Positions 51,601 to 64,000 of a stretch of DNA of 64,000 nucleotides are shown one piece after another. Source of the stretch: Lophium mytilinum (Eukaryota); NCBI GenBank assembly GCA_010093605.1, contig MU004188.1:1181673-1245672 (forward strand). Direction: 5' to 3'. Below the pieces are notes generated by a model. It had not been told where the DNA came from and did no database searches. It saw only the letters and a program-made list of their open reading frames with translations. How positions within the stretch are numbered: position 1 is the stretch's first letter; every line of letters starts with the position of its first letter. Made by a program: the position numbers and the translations under genes.

Positions 51601-54068
51601 CTTACTTGCCTACTGCTGGCTGACGTTTTCTGATACATCATCAGTATTTGTAAAGCAACAGTTCTGGCAAACCTCATAGCGCTCCGGGCGAATACAAACG
51701 TTGCTGGACAGCCGCTTCCTGCGCAAAGGGCTGCATGACTGATTGTGGCGAGTGCATGATCGAGTCTTTCACATGCAGGGCTCGATTCGAATGCATAGAA
51801 GCGCGCTAGAATGAATCGACGCCTGCGTTTGTGGTTTCAAGGGTGAATGTCGGACCCAAGCAAGAGTTTGTGGGGTAACTGTAGCGATTGCTTGACCGAA
51901 GACGCTGAGCCGAGGATTTCTCGATCCAGAGCCGTGAGGCGAAATGCAGGGTGAACGGCGGCTAGAAATGGGGTTGTCTTCTGGAAAGGCCCGACCACGG
52001 AGCATCTAGGGATCGCGTTCTCTAGTCAAGATGTTAAAGAGCTCCATAGGGCCGAGTCAAGATCTTCCCCACACACCCCCTCGGCGACAAAGCGGACTTC
52101 TCGCCGTCCTCGTCTCGGGGTATCTTACGGAGCTATAGCGAACAGAACCCTTCATCCTACCCGAAGATCATCCGGTTTGACCGTTTCCATGTGCGAGGGA
52201 TGTGGGGAGGCCGTTCCAGAGCAGTGAGGCGGGTGTGGGTTTGGTGTGGTGCAGTGATTGATCACGATTCCTGTTCGTGGGGGGAAGACGAGCACGATTC
52301 GCGAAACGTGATCCCCCCACCCGCACATGATGCATTATATCCTGGTAATGCAATATACACACAGAGTGCACAACTTCGCTGTGTCGCCCAAAGTGACTGA
52401 GACTGACCGCCCGGTCCGTCGGAGTAGTCCCCACGGTGCGGAAATTTCCCCCCAAAACAACGCAACGGCTCCCTCCTTCCTCTATCCACGCGATGTGGAG
52501 GGCTAGAAGAGATTTCGGAGGCTACAGTAGCACCGCGGGTCTGAGGGAAGAGACCCGCGCTGCAAAAAGCAGGGACTGGATCCGAGCGAAAAGCTACTGC
52601 ACCCCAGGTTTCCGAAGACCCCCTCGGACTCTCTTTCCCGTTAAGAGTGAGGCCGCGACTGGGAAGATCATCCCGCGCTTTTGCCGCCCCCCCAAAACAA
52701 GGTGACAGACGCGGGCCGCCAAGGCATGTTGGGTGGCTGTCAGATGCGTGCCCGGACGGCGGCTGTCTCTTCCGCCAGCCCGCTGTGATGGTGGCAGAAG
52801 AAACAACAACGCCTCATTTGCCGGCCCGCGGGCCCAACCACACCTCGGATCAAGGCTTCCTCTGCTCGATTCGACATCGAGTCGTGCTCGCAGCCTAGCG
52901 GTCGGCCATAGGACCGAGACTCTGTCGCATCACCTGCGGTGCGCTGGGGATGCGATTCGAGGCCTCGAAAGCTGTCTGGCAAGAAGGTCTGGTGCAGGTC
53001 TGCGCAGGCAGGAAGACATCTAGAGCATCTTATCAGAGATTCGACAGCGTGTTTCGCTGTGCTGGACCAACCAACTCGCTGGTGGATCAGCCGTGGCAGA
53101 TTTCCGAGCAAAAGATCTGCCTCCTCGGCTTACCGTTCCAAGTTGGAGAAAGCTCGGCCGGGGAAGATGCGGACGGTGAGCGTCTCAACTGCGCCGTGGG
53201 GTGGCGCGTGGGACTTGATCAGCGTGGGATCTGTCTCACCCGTGCTCCCATGCTCAATCAAAGCGTCTTGCGGGATGAGCTGCTGCTTTTTCAGGATCAA
53301 CAAGGAGGAGGCGGTCACGGCGCAGAGTTGCGGTGTTGAAGCGGTGGCACATGTGCGACGTGTGAAGTGTCCTCTGATGCAGGCAGTGCCAGCGGCGCAG
53401 CGGCGGTGACAAGTCAGCAGTCGCAGAGTCTGCGCAACAACCGGAATTTGGGCCTTCATGTGCAGAACAGGCAGGGCTGCCGGCCTTCAAGCCGGACTCC
53501 AGAGGGCGAGAGGGTTTTTACCGGGGCATTCCGGGGGCCGCGGCGTTGCGGGAGAGTCGCGACTCGGGGCGATTCTAGTGGGTGACTTTGAAAGAGCGGT
53601 CGGGCCTCTAGGCGTTTAGTGGCCGAAAAGCAACGGCGGTGAAGACGAGGGGGTGAGTCAAGTGAAATTCATGAGCCAGAAGCACTGCCAGTGGTCCATT
53701 CCGAATCATGCAACGGGACGTGGCGTCCGCCGTGGGCTTCAGAGTCTGCTACCTGTCACTCCGAGTCGTATATCATATGGATGGCGCCCTGCCCCCACAC
53801 AGCCAGGTGATTGAATTATTCGAGACACCAGCAACGCCGCCAGCTGCTGATATTGCCTCCTGATCCTGATCCTGCTCTCCTGTCCAGCAATAGACTTAAA
53901 CCCACCCGCATCCTGCTTTTCGGGCTTTCATCCTGCACACGCTGCTTAGAAAAACTTACACCACCGTCGTCATACTTACACCCGGCCGACTCCCGAGACG
54001 CGAGCGAACGCGTATCCGGTTTTGCACCTAACAACAACCACATAACCACAACACTCCGGAATACAAAA

Positions 54069-54506
54069 ATGTATTTCGACTCCTCACCACAGTCCTTGCC
54101 ATCAAAACCCATATCCATCGGCACCATGTCGTCGCCTTCAGGTTCAACATTCGGCAGCTACCGAGACAGCACTTCCTCCAGCCGGGGCTCCACGTGCGCG
54201 TATCCCAGCTGGCCCACGGGCAAGTCACTGAACGCCTTCCACACCAGCGCACCCAGCGCATTCATCAGTGACTCTGATCTTTTCGGGGACGATGTCGACG
54301 ATGAGTTTGGCCTCAGCACTCCACCACTTCTCCACGAGGCACCTGCTCCGCCTCGCCAGCTGCCTCTCGGGCAGGCATTTCCTCTATTGCCACTCTACGC
54401 CTCGGAGAAGCCCAAGGTGAAGCGCAGGCGTAGCAGCGGCCGCAAGCAACGCCGCCCGTCCAAGCCCATGACTCCAATCTCAGAATCGCCCGAGACCCCA
54501 GAATGA
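54069..54506 (+). CDS. Small S/P-rich fungal hypothetical protein with a basic C-terminal NLS-like tract
   Basis: AAAATG start context; CAYPSWP and PSAFISDSDLF motifs; KVKRRRSSGRKQRRPSKPMTPISESPE*. Confidence 0.7.
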   Translation: MYFDSSPQSLPSKPISIGTMSSPSGSTFGSYRDSTSSSRGSTCAYPSWPTGKSLNAFHTSAPSAFISDSDLFGDDVDDEFGLSTPPLLHEAPAPPRQLPLGQAFPLLPLYASEKPKVKRRRSSGRKQRRPSKPMTPISESPETPE

Positions 54507-56699
54507 ATGCGACATCGAATGACTGTAAAACTCAAACTGTCATGGTAAGCCCATCACACCAATCATGACGCGACCATTGCTGACTGGTCCACGTTAGCTC
54601 TGACGACAAATACTACCACTACATGAGACGTGCTACACCATCGGTGCTACACGAACTCTTCGCCACCATGCCGAGTGGCTTCCGTTGATGCTCTTGAAAG
54701 CTGCAAAAACAGCTTCATGGACGATCACGTGAGATCACATGAGCCGGATGACTAAGACTCGCTAGTGACTCAGCGCAGAGTCATCCCACGTGATCTAGCG
54801 ATAAAACCCACTTGAGCTTTTCGCGACCGCGTCGTCGCAATCGACTTGCCTCGCCTTATCGACTGCTATGGGCACCAAGTGTGATCAGCAGGGCTTCATG
54901 CTTGGCGCGATACTCATCTCGACCAGTCCAGCATGAAGCGAGCCGGTGGTTTGGCAACGGCTGCGACGACGGGTGAGATGTTCGCACGCCGTCACACTGC
55001 ACGACGCCGCCATCACATTCACGTTCTGCATCCGTCGCCGCCACGGCGGTCGCGAGTGGAGGAGGGGAAGACGGCCTTTATCGTCGTATCGATGGCCCCG
55101 CAAGCCGCATCACGGACCGGATCCTCGCGTATGCAGTGATTGCTAGCGTCGCGGTGCGGCTCATCACATCTCGTCTGGTGATGGACAGGGTCCGATTGGA
55201 GGCTGGGAGGGGACGGATAGGGGATGCCGCCAACGATGGAAGGATCGGACCGGCTTTTAGGGGTGTGAATCACGGCGAATGGAGGAGGCTGGTTGGGCAG
55301 CGAGTTGTGATGGCAGATCTCACTGGCTGGGTCGGTCAACAGACCCTGGCAGCATATCGCTAGCATTCCACAATAGTAGTCAAATAGCTAAAATATGCAC
55401 TCGAGCACTATTTTCACACCAAATCACATCTGATACGACTGTGGGACTAATGCCGTGGGGTGAGGGGCTGGGAGAAGCGGTCACTGGGGGGAGACCAAGC
55501 GTGGGCGCTTACAGCAACTCCACCACCGCATAGGCCGGCGCTCGTTGGAAGAACCAGCAGTATTGTGTGATGCTGGTGTGATGTCTCTACGTTATCGCGT
55601 CGACTCTAGCACTACAGCATCAGCCCCTGCTAATATCTAAGGCATAACGTGGGCCGTCTCGTTCGGCACGCGTATGACAGCGGGCAGCGGGTTAAGACCA
55701 GCATGCGCAATAAGCCCAGCATCGCATCGTTTGCACTATAGCGGTTTTTCTCCCTCACCCACACGGCTGCCCACACGCCGCCCACACCCCGCACGGGCTA
55801 GCTCGCCCGTGAGAGGAAAGGTTGGTGTTAAGGCCCCTGTACGCCACTAAATTAACATATTAGCACGGAAATAAAGGGGCTTATACAACTCCTTTATAAA
55901 TTAGTAGGTAGTGGGTGGCTTACCTATAATATAGGCAGCTTACCTATATAGAGAGAAGGCTATATAAGGTTTAGTAGAATAATATAGTAGCTTAGTATAT
56001 AGATAGAATTAATATTATATATATTATATATTAACGCGTTGCGTATACTATTTAAATTTACACCTATATTTTTATTAGTATAAGTTCTTATAGTAATTTA
56101 AATAATCTAAAATAGCTGCTATATATAGGGCGTAACCTATATATACCTATAGCTACCTAATTACCTTCTTTTTACCTTACGCGGCCGGTATATAATTCTC
56201 CTATACCTTTTAGCTAGCAGCCTTAGGCCTATAGGCTGCCTTAACCTTAGGCCTATAGCCTGCCTTAACCTTAGCTATAAGGCCCCCCTTCTATCTATAA
56301 TAGCACGGGCTATAAGTATAGTAATATATATAATATTATACTATAGAATTTAAGTCTTCTATAGAGGTAGTAGTAGTACGCGCTGCAACTATACTATAAT
56401 AATAGTTAGCTAAAAGTATATATAATCTCTTTATTACCCGTTACTTTAATACTTATAAGCTTACTAGCCTTAACGCTACTGCTATATTATAAGATATATT
56501 AAACTTATCTAGTTTCTCTCTAGTATATTCTATAGTTAACTACTATATTAACGCCCTTACGGCCGCCTATTATAATAGCTTTATCGCCGCCGGTTCTAGT
56601 TGCGGAACTGCGCGCGCTATAGGCTGCGGAACTAGGCGCGCCTTAGGCTATAGAACTGGGCGCGCCTTAGACTGCAGAAGTAGCCGCGCTAAAGGGTAA

Positions 56700-57810
56700 A
56701 GAAAAGGCTACACTATAGAGAAAGAGAAAAGAGAATAGAAAGGCTATAGAGAATAATAGTAAGGCTAAGAAAACTAAAGAGAATAAGCCTATAATAATAG
56801 ATAATAATAAAAAGAATAAGAAGAAGAACCTACCTTCTTCTACCTCTGCTAAAATAGCAGCGCTAAAGAAATAAGCTACCGCTAGAAAGGCCGCTAAGGC
56901 ACCTATAGATAAGAATATTATACTAGTTACTAGCTATATTTAGAAGTTTTATATAACTATATATAGAAAGCGGAAGATATATAGTAAAGCTATAGAGTAG
57001 AAAGATAGCCTTAAGCTAGAGGTAGCTACTCTCTTTATTGCCTGTAAGAAGCTATATATAAAGACTAAAAGTAATAAGGCTTTCTATAAAGATATAATAG
57101 TAGAATATAAAAAGGAAATAGAGTTTAAACCTATAAACCTCTACCGCATAATTTTTAGCTAGAAAAATAGTATAGGTTTAGATGGCAAGTAGATCTACTT
57201 AAAGGGCTAGATTAGGCACTAAGAGGCCTATCTTATAGGCTAGAATAAAGGCATAGGGTATAAAAATCCTAATTAATTTAATGCGCGCGTGGATAATATT
57301 ATTATAATAGTAAACTAGAAAGCTTTAGATAAAAAGAAATTAATAGAAGAGCTAGATAGAGAAAAGAGAAAGAAGAATAAGGTAGCTATTAGCTGCCTCC
57401 AGCGCGTGGCAAAGAGGAAGAGAGAAGAGAAAGAGAATAGAGAAAGACGCGTAGTGCTATATACTAGTATAAACCTAGATACTTCTTACTATTAAGCTAT
57501 AGTAGATACTTAGTATTCTATAGAGGCTATAAACTAGCTATTTAACTGCTATTTTAATACTATAGTGTCTTAAGAGGCTATCTAATATAAAGAGAGAAAG
57601 AAGAAACTAGAAATAAGGCGCTATAAGCTTAAACTTTATAAGAGGATAGTTTCTAGGCCGGCTAATATTGCTAGACTTTGCTAGGAGATATAGAAGGACT
57701 ATACTAAGTAGCAGAAGGTAAATAATAACCTACGGGCGATAATAAGGCAGCTATTAGAGCGCGGAGGTAGGTAGAATAGGTAGTAGGTTAGTATAGAAGG
57801 TTAGGTTTAA
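56700..57810 (+). pseudogene. Fossil accessory ORF of the Harbinger element (charged and coiled-coil; possibly the Myb/SANT-like partner)
   Basis: One frame of >300 codons broken only by TAA/TAG (revertible to CAA/CAG/TGG): ..ATARKAAKAP..*KDSLKLEVATLFIACKK..KAFYKDI..KKKLIEELDREKRKK.. Confidence 0.5.
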
Positions 57811-57984
57811 GTATATTAAAAGAGCTTTAATAAGAGAATCTAACTAATTAGTAGCTACTAAGCTAGGCAGGTGCAAGAATAAGGTTTAGGTAATAGTAGA
57901 TAGTAGCGGGTTTAGCGAGAATCTATATATTTTAATTAGTAGAGTTTAAATTAAGTAAATTACTAAGAGGCTATTAGTATATAT

Positions 57985-58880
57985 TAGCGTAATTTTAATG
58001 CTTCTATTCTATTCTATAGCCTAGAAACTACCTACTTTCTATATACTACCTATTTTTCTATATATAACCTATTTCCTATATACTATCTATTTTCTATAGC
58101 CTTATTCTTAGGCCTATTTTCTACTACTTCTATACCTAGATACTCTATTATAAATAGCGGCTCGCACTTAAATTACTTTATAATTAGATCTATTATGCTC
58201 TAGAGGCACGTTAAAATATTATAGAAGAGCACTAATACTATAAAATACGCGGCGAGAGGCTAGCTACTATACTAGAGGCTCTATTTAAGGTAATTATAGG
58301 TAAATAGCTATTTAATCTTTCTAAAGGTATTCTCTACTATAATTCTAGCGCTACTAAGCTTATAATTTAACTATAGTTACTTATATATTAACTATCTAAA
58401 CCCTCTCTAGTTACTCTATAGAGAAATATAACTATAGCTCTCTCTATATATATTATTGCTATATAAATATAATATAGGCTTACTAATAAAGATATCCTAG
58501 AGCCTCTTAATTACTTCTAATTATAAATAGATGTCCTAGTTATTACTTAGCGCTAAGAAGGGTATAGATATATAAGAGGCGAGTCTATCTAGTATTATAA
58601 TTAACTAATACTTTAGTCTATTTTCTTTATAATATCTAGAGTATATAGTAAGCTAGCGCTAACTATTCTTAGGCCTATAGAATCTAAAGAAAGTACTATC
58701 TATAGAGCCCTATACTTACTCTCTACTATATCCCTACCTCTAGAGAGCTCTAGCGTACCTCTTAAGTATTATATACTTATTAAGCTAAGGCCTCTAATAT
58801 AGTAGGTTCTTCTACTTATTATATAGCCGCTTAATTAAGCTATTAAAAACCTCTAATATCTAGAATCTACTCTACCCTAT
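57985..58880 (-). pseudogene. Fossil DDE_Tnp_4 (Harbinger/PIF) transposase, C-terminal catalytic part
   Basis: Literal reading: V*GSIDSTF, IYSRYYKENRLKY*LIIILDRL, LYSNNIY, LNYKLSSARIIVENTFRKIK, AAYFIVLVLFYNILTCL, FKCEPLFIIEYL. Reverting transitions gives WGxIDGT, YSGxxKxNGLKYQ.IxTPDGL, LYGDxxY and RIxVENTFG. Confidence 0.8.
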
Positions 58881-59146
58881 ATATATTATATGCAAGTTAT
58901 TAGGCTTATAGTTAGAAAGGAGTTATATTTCTATTAATAAGGTTGCGTAGAGAGGAGAGAGGCTTTAGCTATAAGCCTGCTACGTAGTTAAGTGCGCGCC
59001 GGTAGAACCCCGGGCGCCGGCAGAACCTTAGGCGCCGGAAAAACCCTTAGCCTAGAGATTATGTAACGTCCGTGCATATAATAACCCCTAACCTTAATAA
59101 CTACTAAGAGAATACTAAGAAATAATGTAACACGTGCCCCCCCTTT
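58880..59146 (-). repeat. Putative 3' LTR (~250 bp, left edge approximate) and polypurine tract
   Basis: On the minus strand AAAGGGGGGGCACG directly precedes TGTTACA at 59132. The Harbinger transposase frame resumes at about 58880. Confidence 0.6.
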
Positions 59147-62100
59147 AAAAAACTAAGCTCCTATAAGGACTTTATAGAAAGAAGACTTACTATTTAAACT
59201 TATATATTAGATAGCTAATATAGGCGTAGCTCTATATATAGATAGAGCGTGCTAATAAAACTAGTATAGGTAGGCGTTCTTAATTAATTCTACTATCTAA
59301 TAGCGGCGCAGAATCTTAGGTTATATTAGACTATTATAATAATATAGTAATGTTCTAGAGGTTCTAAGTAGGTAGAGTCTAGTTCTTTAGTTTAATAAAG
59401 TAAGCAGGTAGTTTAGGTTTCTAAGGGCTATAATAATAGAAGTTAAAAACCTTATAGAGGCAGCCCTTAAGATTTCTAGATAGTTGCTAGAACCTATATA
59501 GTTATATACTACTAATATAGTAAACTTTATACTATATATTATTATTCTTAATATATAAGTTAATAATTTAAGCTACTATAAATTCTTCTATAGGTTTATT
59601 ATTGTCTTTACGCTAGATTAGCTCTAGTAGTAGTATAGGTTCCGGCCAATTCTAGCCTTTAATAGGCTCGGAAGTATCTAGCTATAATAAGAAAGGATAG
59701 AAGACATTATAGATCTTAGTATTAGATAGTAGGTCTAATTAGAAAGCTGCGCCCTAATTAATAACCTTGTTAACGTAGAAGGGGCCTATAAACTTATTAT
59801 TAAGCGCCTTCTTAGCGCGGTCTAGTTTAATATTCTTAGCGTTAAGCTAGACTATATTATTAACGTGTATATCCGCTGCTATATTATAATAATAGTTAGC
59901 TTAGTAAGCCTATTTCTTCTAGGCCTATATAATATAGTCCTATAGATAGACTTTAATATCCTTAAGGTATTAGGCTATATTATTAGACAGCTCGCGTTTA
60001 ATTTCCTTATTCTTAGATATCTTCTTATTCTTAACTATAGGTGGCTCTAGTTCTAAGTGTAGGGTATATCTATAATTAGTAAAGAATAGTAATAGTTCTA
60101 TTATAGCTAAGACGTAAGTATTAGCTACTAGTTCTATAGAGGGTAATAGGTTATACTAATTATTCTATATATAGTTAATATAGGCTTATAGGTACTTCTT
60201 TATATTAGTATTAGTAATTTCTATCTAACTATCTATTTCCGGGTGGAAAGCGGTGGATGTATTAAGTAATAATTGTAACTAATAGTAGAGGTGTTGCTAG
60301 AACTTAGAGGTAAACTATATTTCTAGGTTACTAGTAATAGATAAGGGAAGTCTATAGAGTTAATAGATCTATTAAAAATAGACCTTAGCGAGCTTATCTA
60401 TCTCTAGGGAAGTAATAGTAAGAAAGTAACATTTCTTTAAGAGTCTATTAATTACGACTAGTATATAATAGTACTTACGCCCGTAATATTTATAGATAGG
60501 TAGGTTAACTATATAGTCTATAGTAATATCGCGCTAGCGGTAAAGAGGAACGGGTAAAGGGCGTAGAAAGCCTTACTTAGTAAAGTTAGACGGCTTAATA
60601 TTATAATAACGTTAGTAGGCGTTAATGTATATTATAATTAATTTAGTAAACCTAGGCTAGTAGTAGCTAGAATAAATTTATTATAGACAGTCTATATAGC
60701 CTCTATAACCTGCGCTAGTATAATTATAACTAAGCTGTAAGATTCTTAGCTAGAGGGCGGCTAATTATAGTATAAATAGTTATTAAGAGTCCTTATAGAG
60801 GACCTATAGTTTATTATTAGTAACTTCTAACTTACTTATTAATAGTTAGACGCGTTTATCTTTTAGGATATTACGCGGAAGCTTTTAATTACCGCGCTAC
60901 TTAAGTGCTATAATGCGGTAGATAAGATAGTTATCTAATCTATTATTAGAATTGCTGCCGCCTTCTTAGAACGCGGCTTTATCTATATTATAGGCCTCCT
61001 TAATAAGCTTATATAGTAGCCGGGTATAATTTACTTCTATAACGCCTATAGTATAGAGGTAGAGCTCTTTTAATACTTCTAAGGTAAGGTTCTTTATCTT
61101 AATTACGGTTTGTTGTTAAAACAGAAATTATTTATTATTATTAGATTGCGGAAGATTCTAGCTGTAACGCGTAAGACTGTCTAGTTTAGTTCTAAGGCGG
61201 CTAGGCCGGTATATTAGAACGTAATTAATTTCTAAGAGAATCTAGAGCTAGCGCATCTATTACTAGTTAAGTTATTACATAGTTATAAAGTATAGTAGAT
61301 TTTAGTAGTCTATTAGTACTTAGATAGAGTTCTAGTATCTATTGCCTTAGTACTATAGTTTCTATTCCTTAAAGGTAAGAATAATAGTAAGCAACTCTTT
61401 ATTATAAATCTTATAGTTACATTCCGCTAGCATTATCTTATAGGAGTAGAAAGTAATAGGGTACTATATACTATTATTATAGAGCTATAAAAATACGCCT
61501 GCGGTAATATAATCTAACGCGTCTATTTTAATATATAACTTCTAGTTAGAATTAAAGTATTTAAGATAAGGCGCGGTAGTAAACGCTATTTTAAGGTCCT
61601 TAAAGACTTTCTAATAGCTTAATATCTATTTAAAATAAATGCGCCCGTCTAGTTCTTTTTATAAGAGGTTAGTAAGTAGCTTATATAGCTATAAGAACTC
61701 TTATATAAAATATCTATAAAAGTTAGCTAGGCCTAGAAAGGCCTAGACATCTTTAAGGCATGTTAGAGTAGCCTATTTAGTAATAGCCTTAACCTTTTCT
61801 AGGTCTATCTTAACGCCGTTAGTAGTAATAATAAGTCTAAGGTATTTAATACATTTAATAAGGAATTCGCATTTATTAATATTAAGGTATAGGCCGGCTT
61901 TATATAGTTAGTCTAGTACCTTTTATACGTGTATAATATACTTCTCTTTAGTCCCGTCTATAAACACTAATATATTATCTATATAGGCTAAGTAGAAGTT
62001 ATCTAGGTACTTATAAAGAATGTTATTAATAAATATCTAGAAGGTGCCGGGACCGTTGCATATACTAAATCCTAAGACTTTAGATTAGAATATTCTATAG

Positions 62101-64000
62101 CGTGTAATAAACGCTATCTTCTACTTATTACTAGGTTTAATATATACGCGATTAAAGGCGGAAATAATATCTAATTTAGTATACTACTTAGCTTTGCAGA
62201 GACAGTTAAGCGTCTTCTAGATAATTAGAATTAGGTATTAATTCTTTATAGTAATAGCGTTAAGACCGCGGTAGTTAATATAGAACTAGTAAGTTCTATC
62301 TAGTTTCTTAATAAGTAGCACAGGCGCGTGCGTAGGAGAGTTGCTATTCTTAATAAAACTATTACCTAGTAGCTTCTAGAGCTTATTATAGATAATATAG
62401 TTCTTTTCCTCTAATACTACTTAGGTCTTATATTTAGGTAGTAGCGCGTCTAGCTATAGAAGGATTATATAGTTATAGTTATAGTATAGAGGTAGGTTTC
62501 CTACTTCTTATTATAACTATATATTAACCTAAGGATAGAAATACTTATCTAACTATTTCTAAAGTTTATTAGATAAATACGTCCTTTATTCCTTTATAAA
62601 CTTATTATATTTATTAACTAATAAGGCGTGGAGCTTAAGCGTGCCGTCCCCTTCCGGGACGCTTATAATGTATCCTATCGCAGGTATATTAAATAAGGAG
62701 TTATCTAGTATAGGGATAAACTCTAGCCTATAGATCTAAATAAGGTCTTTAGGCTTAGTATAGTAAATATAGTATTCTATAGAACTAATAAATATTGTAA
62801 ATAGAAATATAGACTAAAGTTTAACTAGCCTAGTAGGTTATATAGCGCCCTTGCAGAAAATCTTCGCGGGTACGCTGTTACTATAGTAGTATAGATTACG
62901 GCATTATAATTAATAGAAGTAGAAGCTTTTCTTAATAAAGTTAATTTCTAAATTATAGGTTTTATACTAATCTATTCTAAGAACTATAGATATATAGCCT
63001 AGATCTATAATATAGTAGACTAGTTACTCTATATAGAAGCCTATAGTAATATTAATAATTACCGCGTATATAATAGATTATAAGAAGTTAGAATTATTAA
63101 TATATATTAAGTGGCGAGGGGAATTAAAAGGGATATAATGGATTTTATGTTTACGCGTAAATAATTAATTAATAAAAGAGAATATTATACTATTATTAGA
63201 GAAAGAGTAAGTATAAATAATTTAATTACTATCTAAGGCTATAGAATAAGAAAGTAAGTACTAACTACCTTTCTTTAGCTAGAGCTTTATAATGTTATAC
63301 TAAGTATATATAACAGCCGTGGCGGAAATATAAAGTTCCGGCTAGCTCTTATTATTCTTAATATACTCCAGCACCTCTTATAGCTAGAAAGGGGTATTAA
63401 GCTAGGGTAGGGGTTCTACTACCTTCTTTATTTAGTGCTTTTTAAATATTCTATATTTAGTGCCCCTATAGCGGCTTTTATATAGTTTCTAGTCCTTCCT
63501 TTATAGTTCTAGAAGGTTATTAGTAGAAACTAAGTCGCCGCATTTAGAGGAAGTTAGTGTAGAATAGAGGGAGGATAACGGGGTTAATAACGGGGTTAAT
63601 AACAGGGTGGATAATAGGGTGGGTTTATAATTAATTATAATAGGTTCTTAGGCGCAACTATACTTAAGAACTACTTATTTTCCTAGCTAGAAAATGTAGT
63701 ATTAGTGGCGCGTAGAGAAAGGCTACTAGTTATCTAGATAGAGAAGTTTTAAAGAGGATAATTATTATTAATAGCGCGGTAACTAATGTAGCGGCAGTAA
63801 TTATACGCGCCTACTACACGCGTTCTCTCTTTATTAGCTTTAGTAAGCTTACTAATGCTCTAGATATATACTAGTTTATCCGCTAGATTTATAGCGCGCA
63901 AGCGTTATTCTATACTAGCTGCGGCCATAATAGTGGGGGCGCATAGAGTACTTATAGCAGTTATTAAAGAAGTTATTATAGTTACAGTTATTATATTAGT
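58880..64000 (-). mobile_element. RIP-degenerated Ty3/Gypsy (chromovirus-type) LTR retrotransposon; its 5' part lies beyond the window end
   Basis: Minus-strand relics in Gypsy order: RT (TKLDIISAFNR..K*KIAFITRY..CNGPGTF..AYIDNILVF, ~61970-62180), RNase H (IDALDYITAG ~61500; NYKIYNKELL ~61400), integrase (STAFHPEIDS*IE ~60240; KFIGPF ~59785), chromodomain (EEFIVA*II..YKV ~59470-59590), then PPT and LTR. Confidence 0.92.

Larger units (their letters stand above)
55832..58880. mobile_element. RIP-degenerated PIF/Harbinger-like DNA transposon (left part; the rest is presumably displaced beyond the window by the nested retrotransposon)
   Basis: The abrupt GC-to-AT shift starts just after TTAA|GGCCCCTGTACGCC (TWA target plus GGC-type end). 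Two convergent fossil ORFs follow, one with DDE_Tnp_4 motifs. Confidence 0.75.

Noticed and set aside
55826..55860. TGTTA as the start of an LTR
   Set aside because: The downstream coding relics are Harbinger-type, and the junction fits a TWA target plus a GGC terminus better.
59062..59132. 71-bp TGTAAC..TGTAACA segment as the whole LTR
   Set aside because: Too short. Non-transposase sequence continues to ~58880, so the LTR is more likely ~250 bp.

Overview
Eukaryotic DNA from a filamentous ascomycete, probably a Dothideomycete. This rests on short GT-AG introns with CTRAY branch sites and a heavy RIP-type mutation signature. Bases 1-44 kb are mostly compact core genes: IML2 (partial), SEM1/DSS1, PGK1, an Mpv17/PMP22 protein, TRS65, PRP40, RLI1/ABCE1, CHD1, PPN1, an MDM1-like PXA-RGS-PX nexin, a 7TM GPCR, a SIR2/HST1 sirtuin and a GPI cell-wall protein. 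Accessory or decaying pieces lie among them. (i) A 2,2-dialkylglycine decarboxylase gene converges on a Zn2Cys6 regulator that is split by one in-frame TGA. (ii) An ankyrin (NLR-like) relic is interrupted by a 659-bp Mutator-like MITE with ~85-bp TIRs and a 9-bp TSD. (iii) Three copies of a cell-surface protein family occur together, and the two longer ones differ in membrane anchor. (iv) A ~6-kb gene-poor region holds a periodic TTTGATCC array and paired E-boxes. From ~55.8 kb to the end the DNA is AT-rich and RIP-degraded. It resolves into a two-ORF PIF/Harbinger transposon whose transposase is interrupted by a chromodomain Ty3/Gypsy retrotransposon. Exon boundaries and de-RIPed translations were read by eye, and no database search was run.
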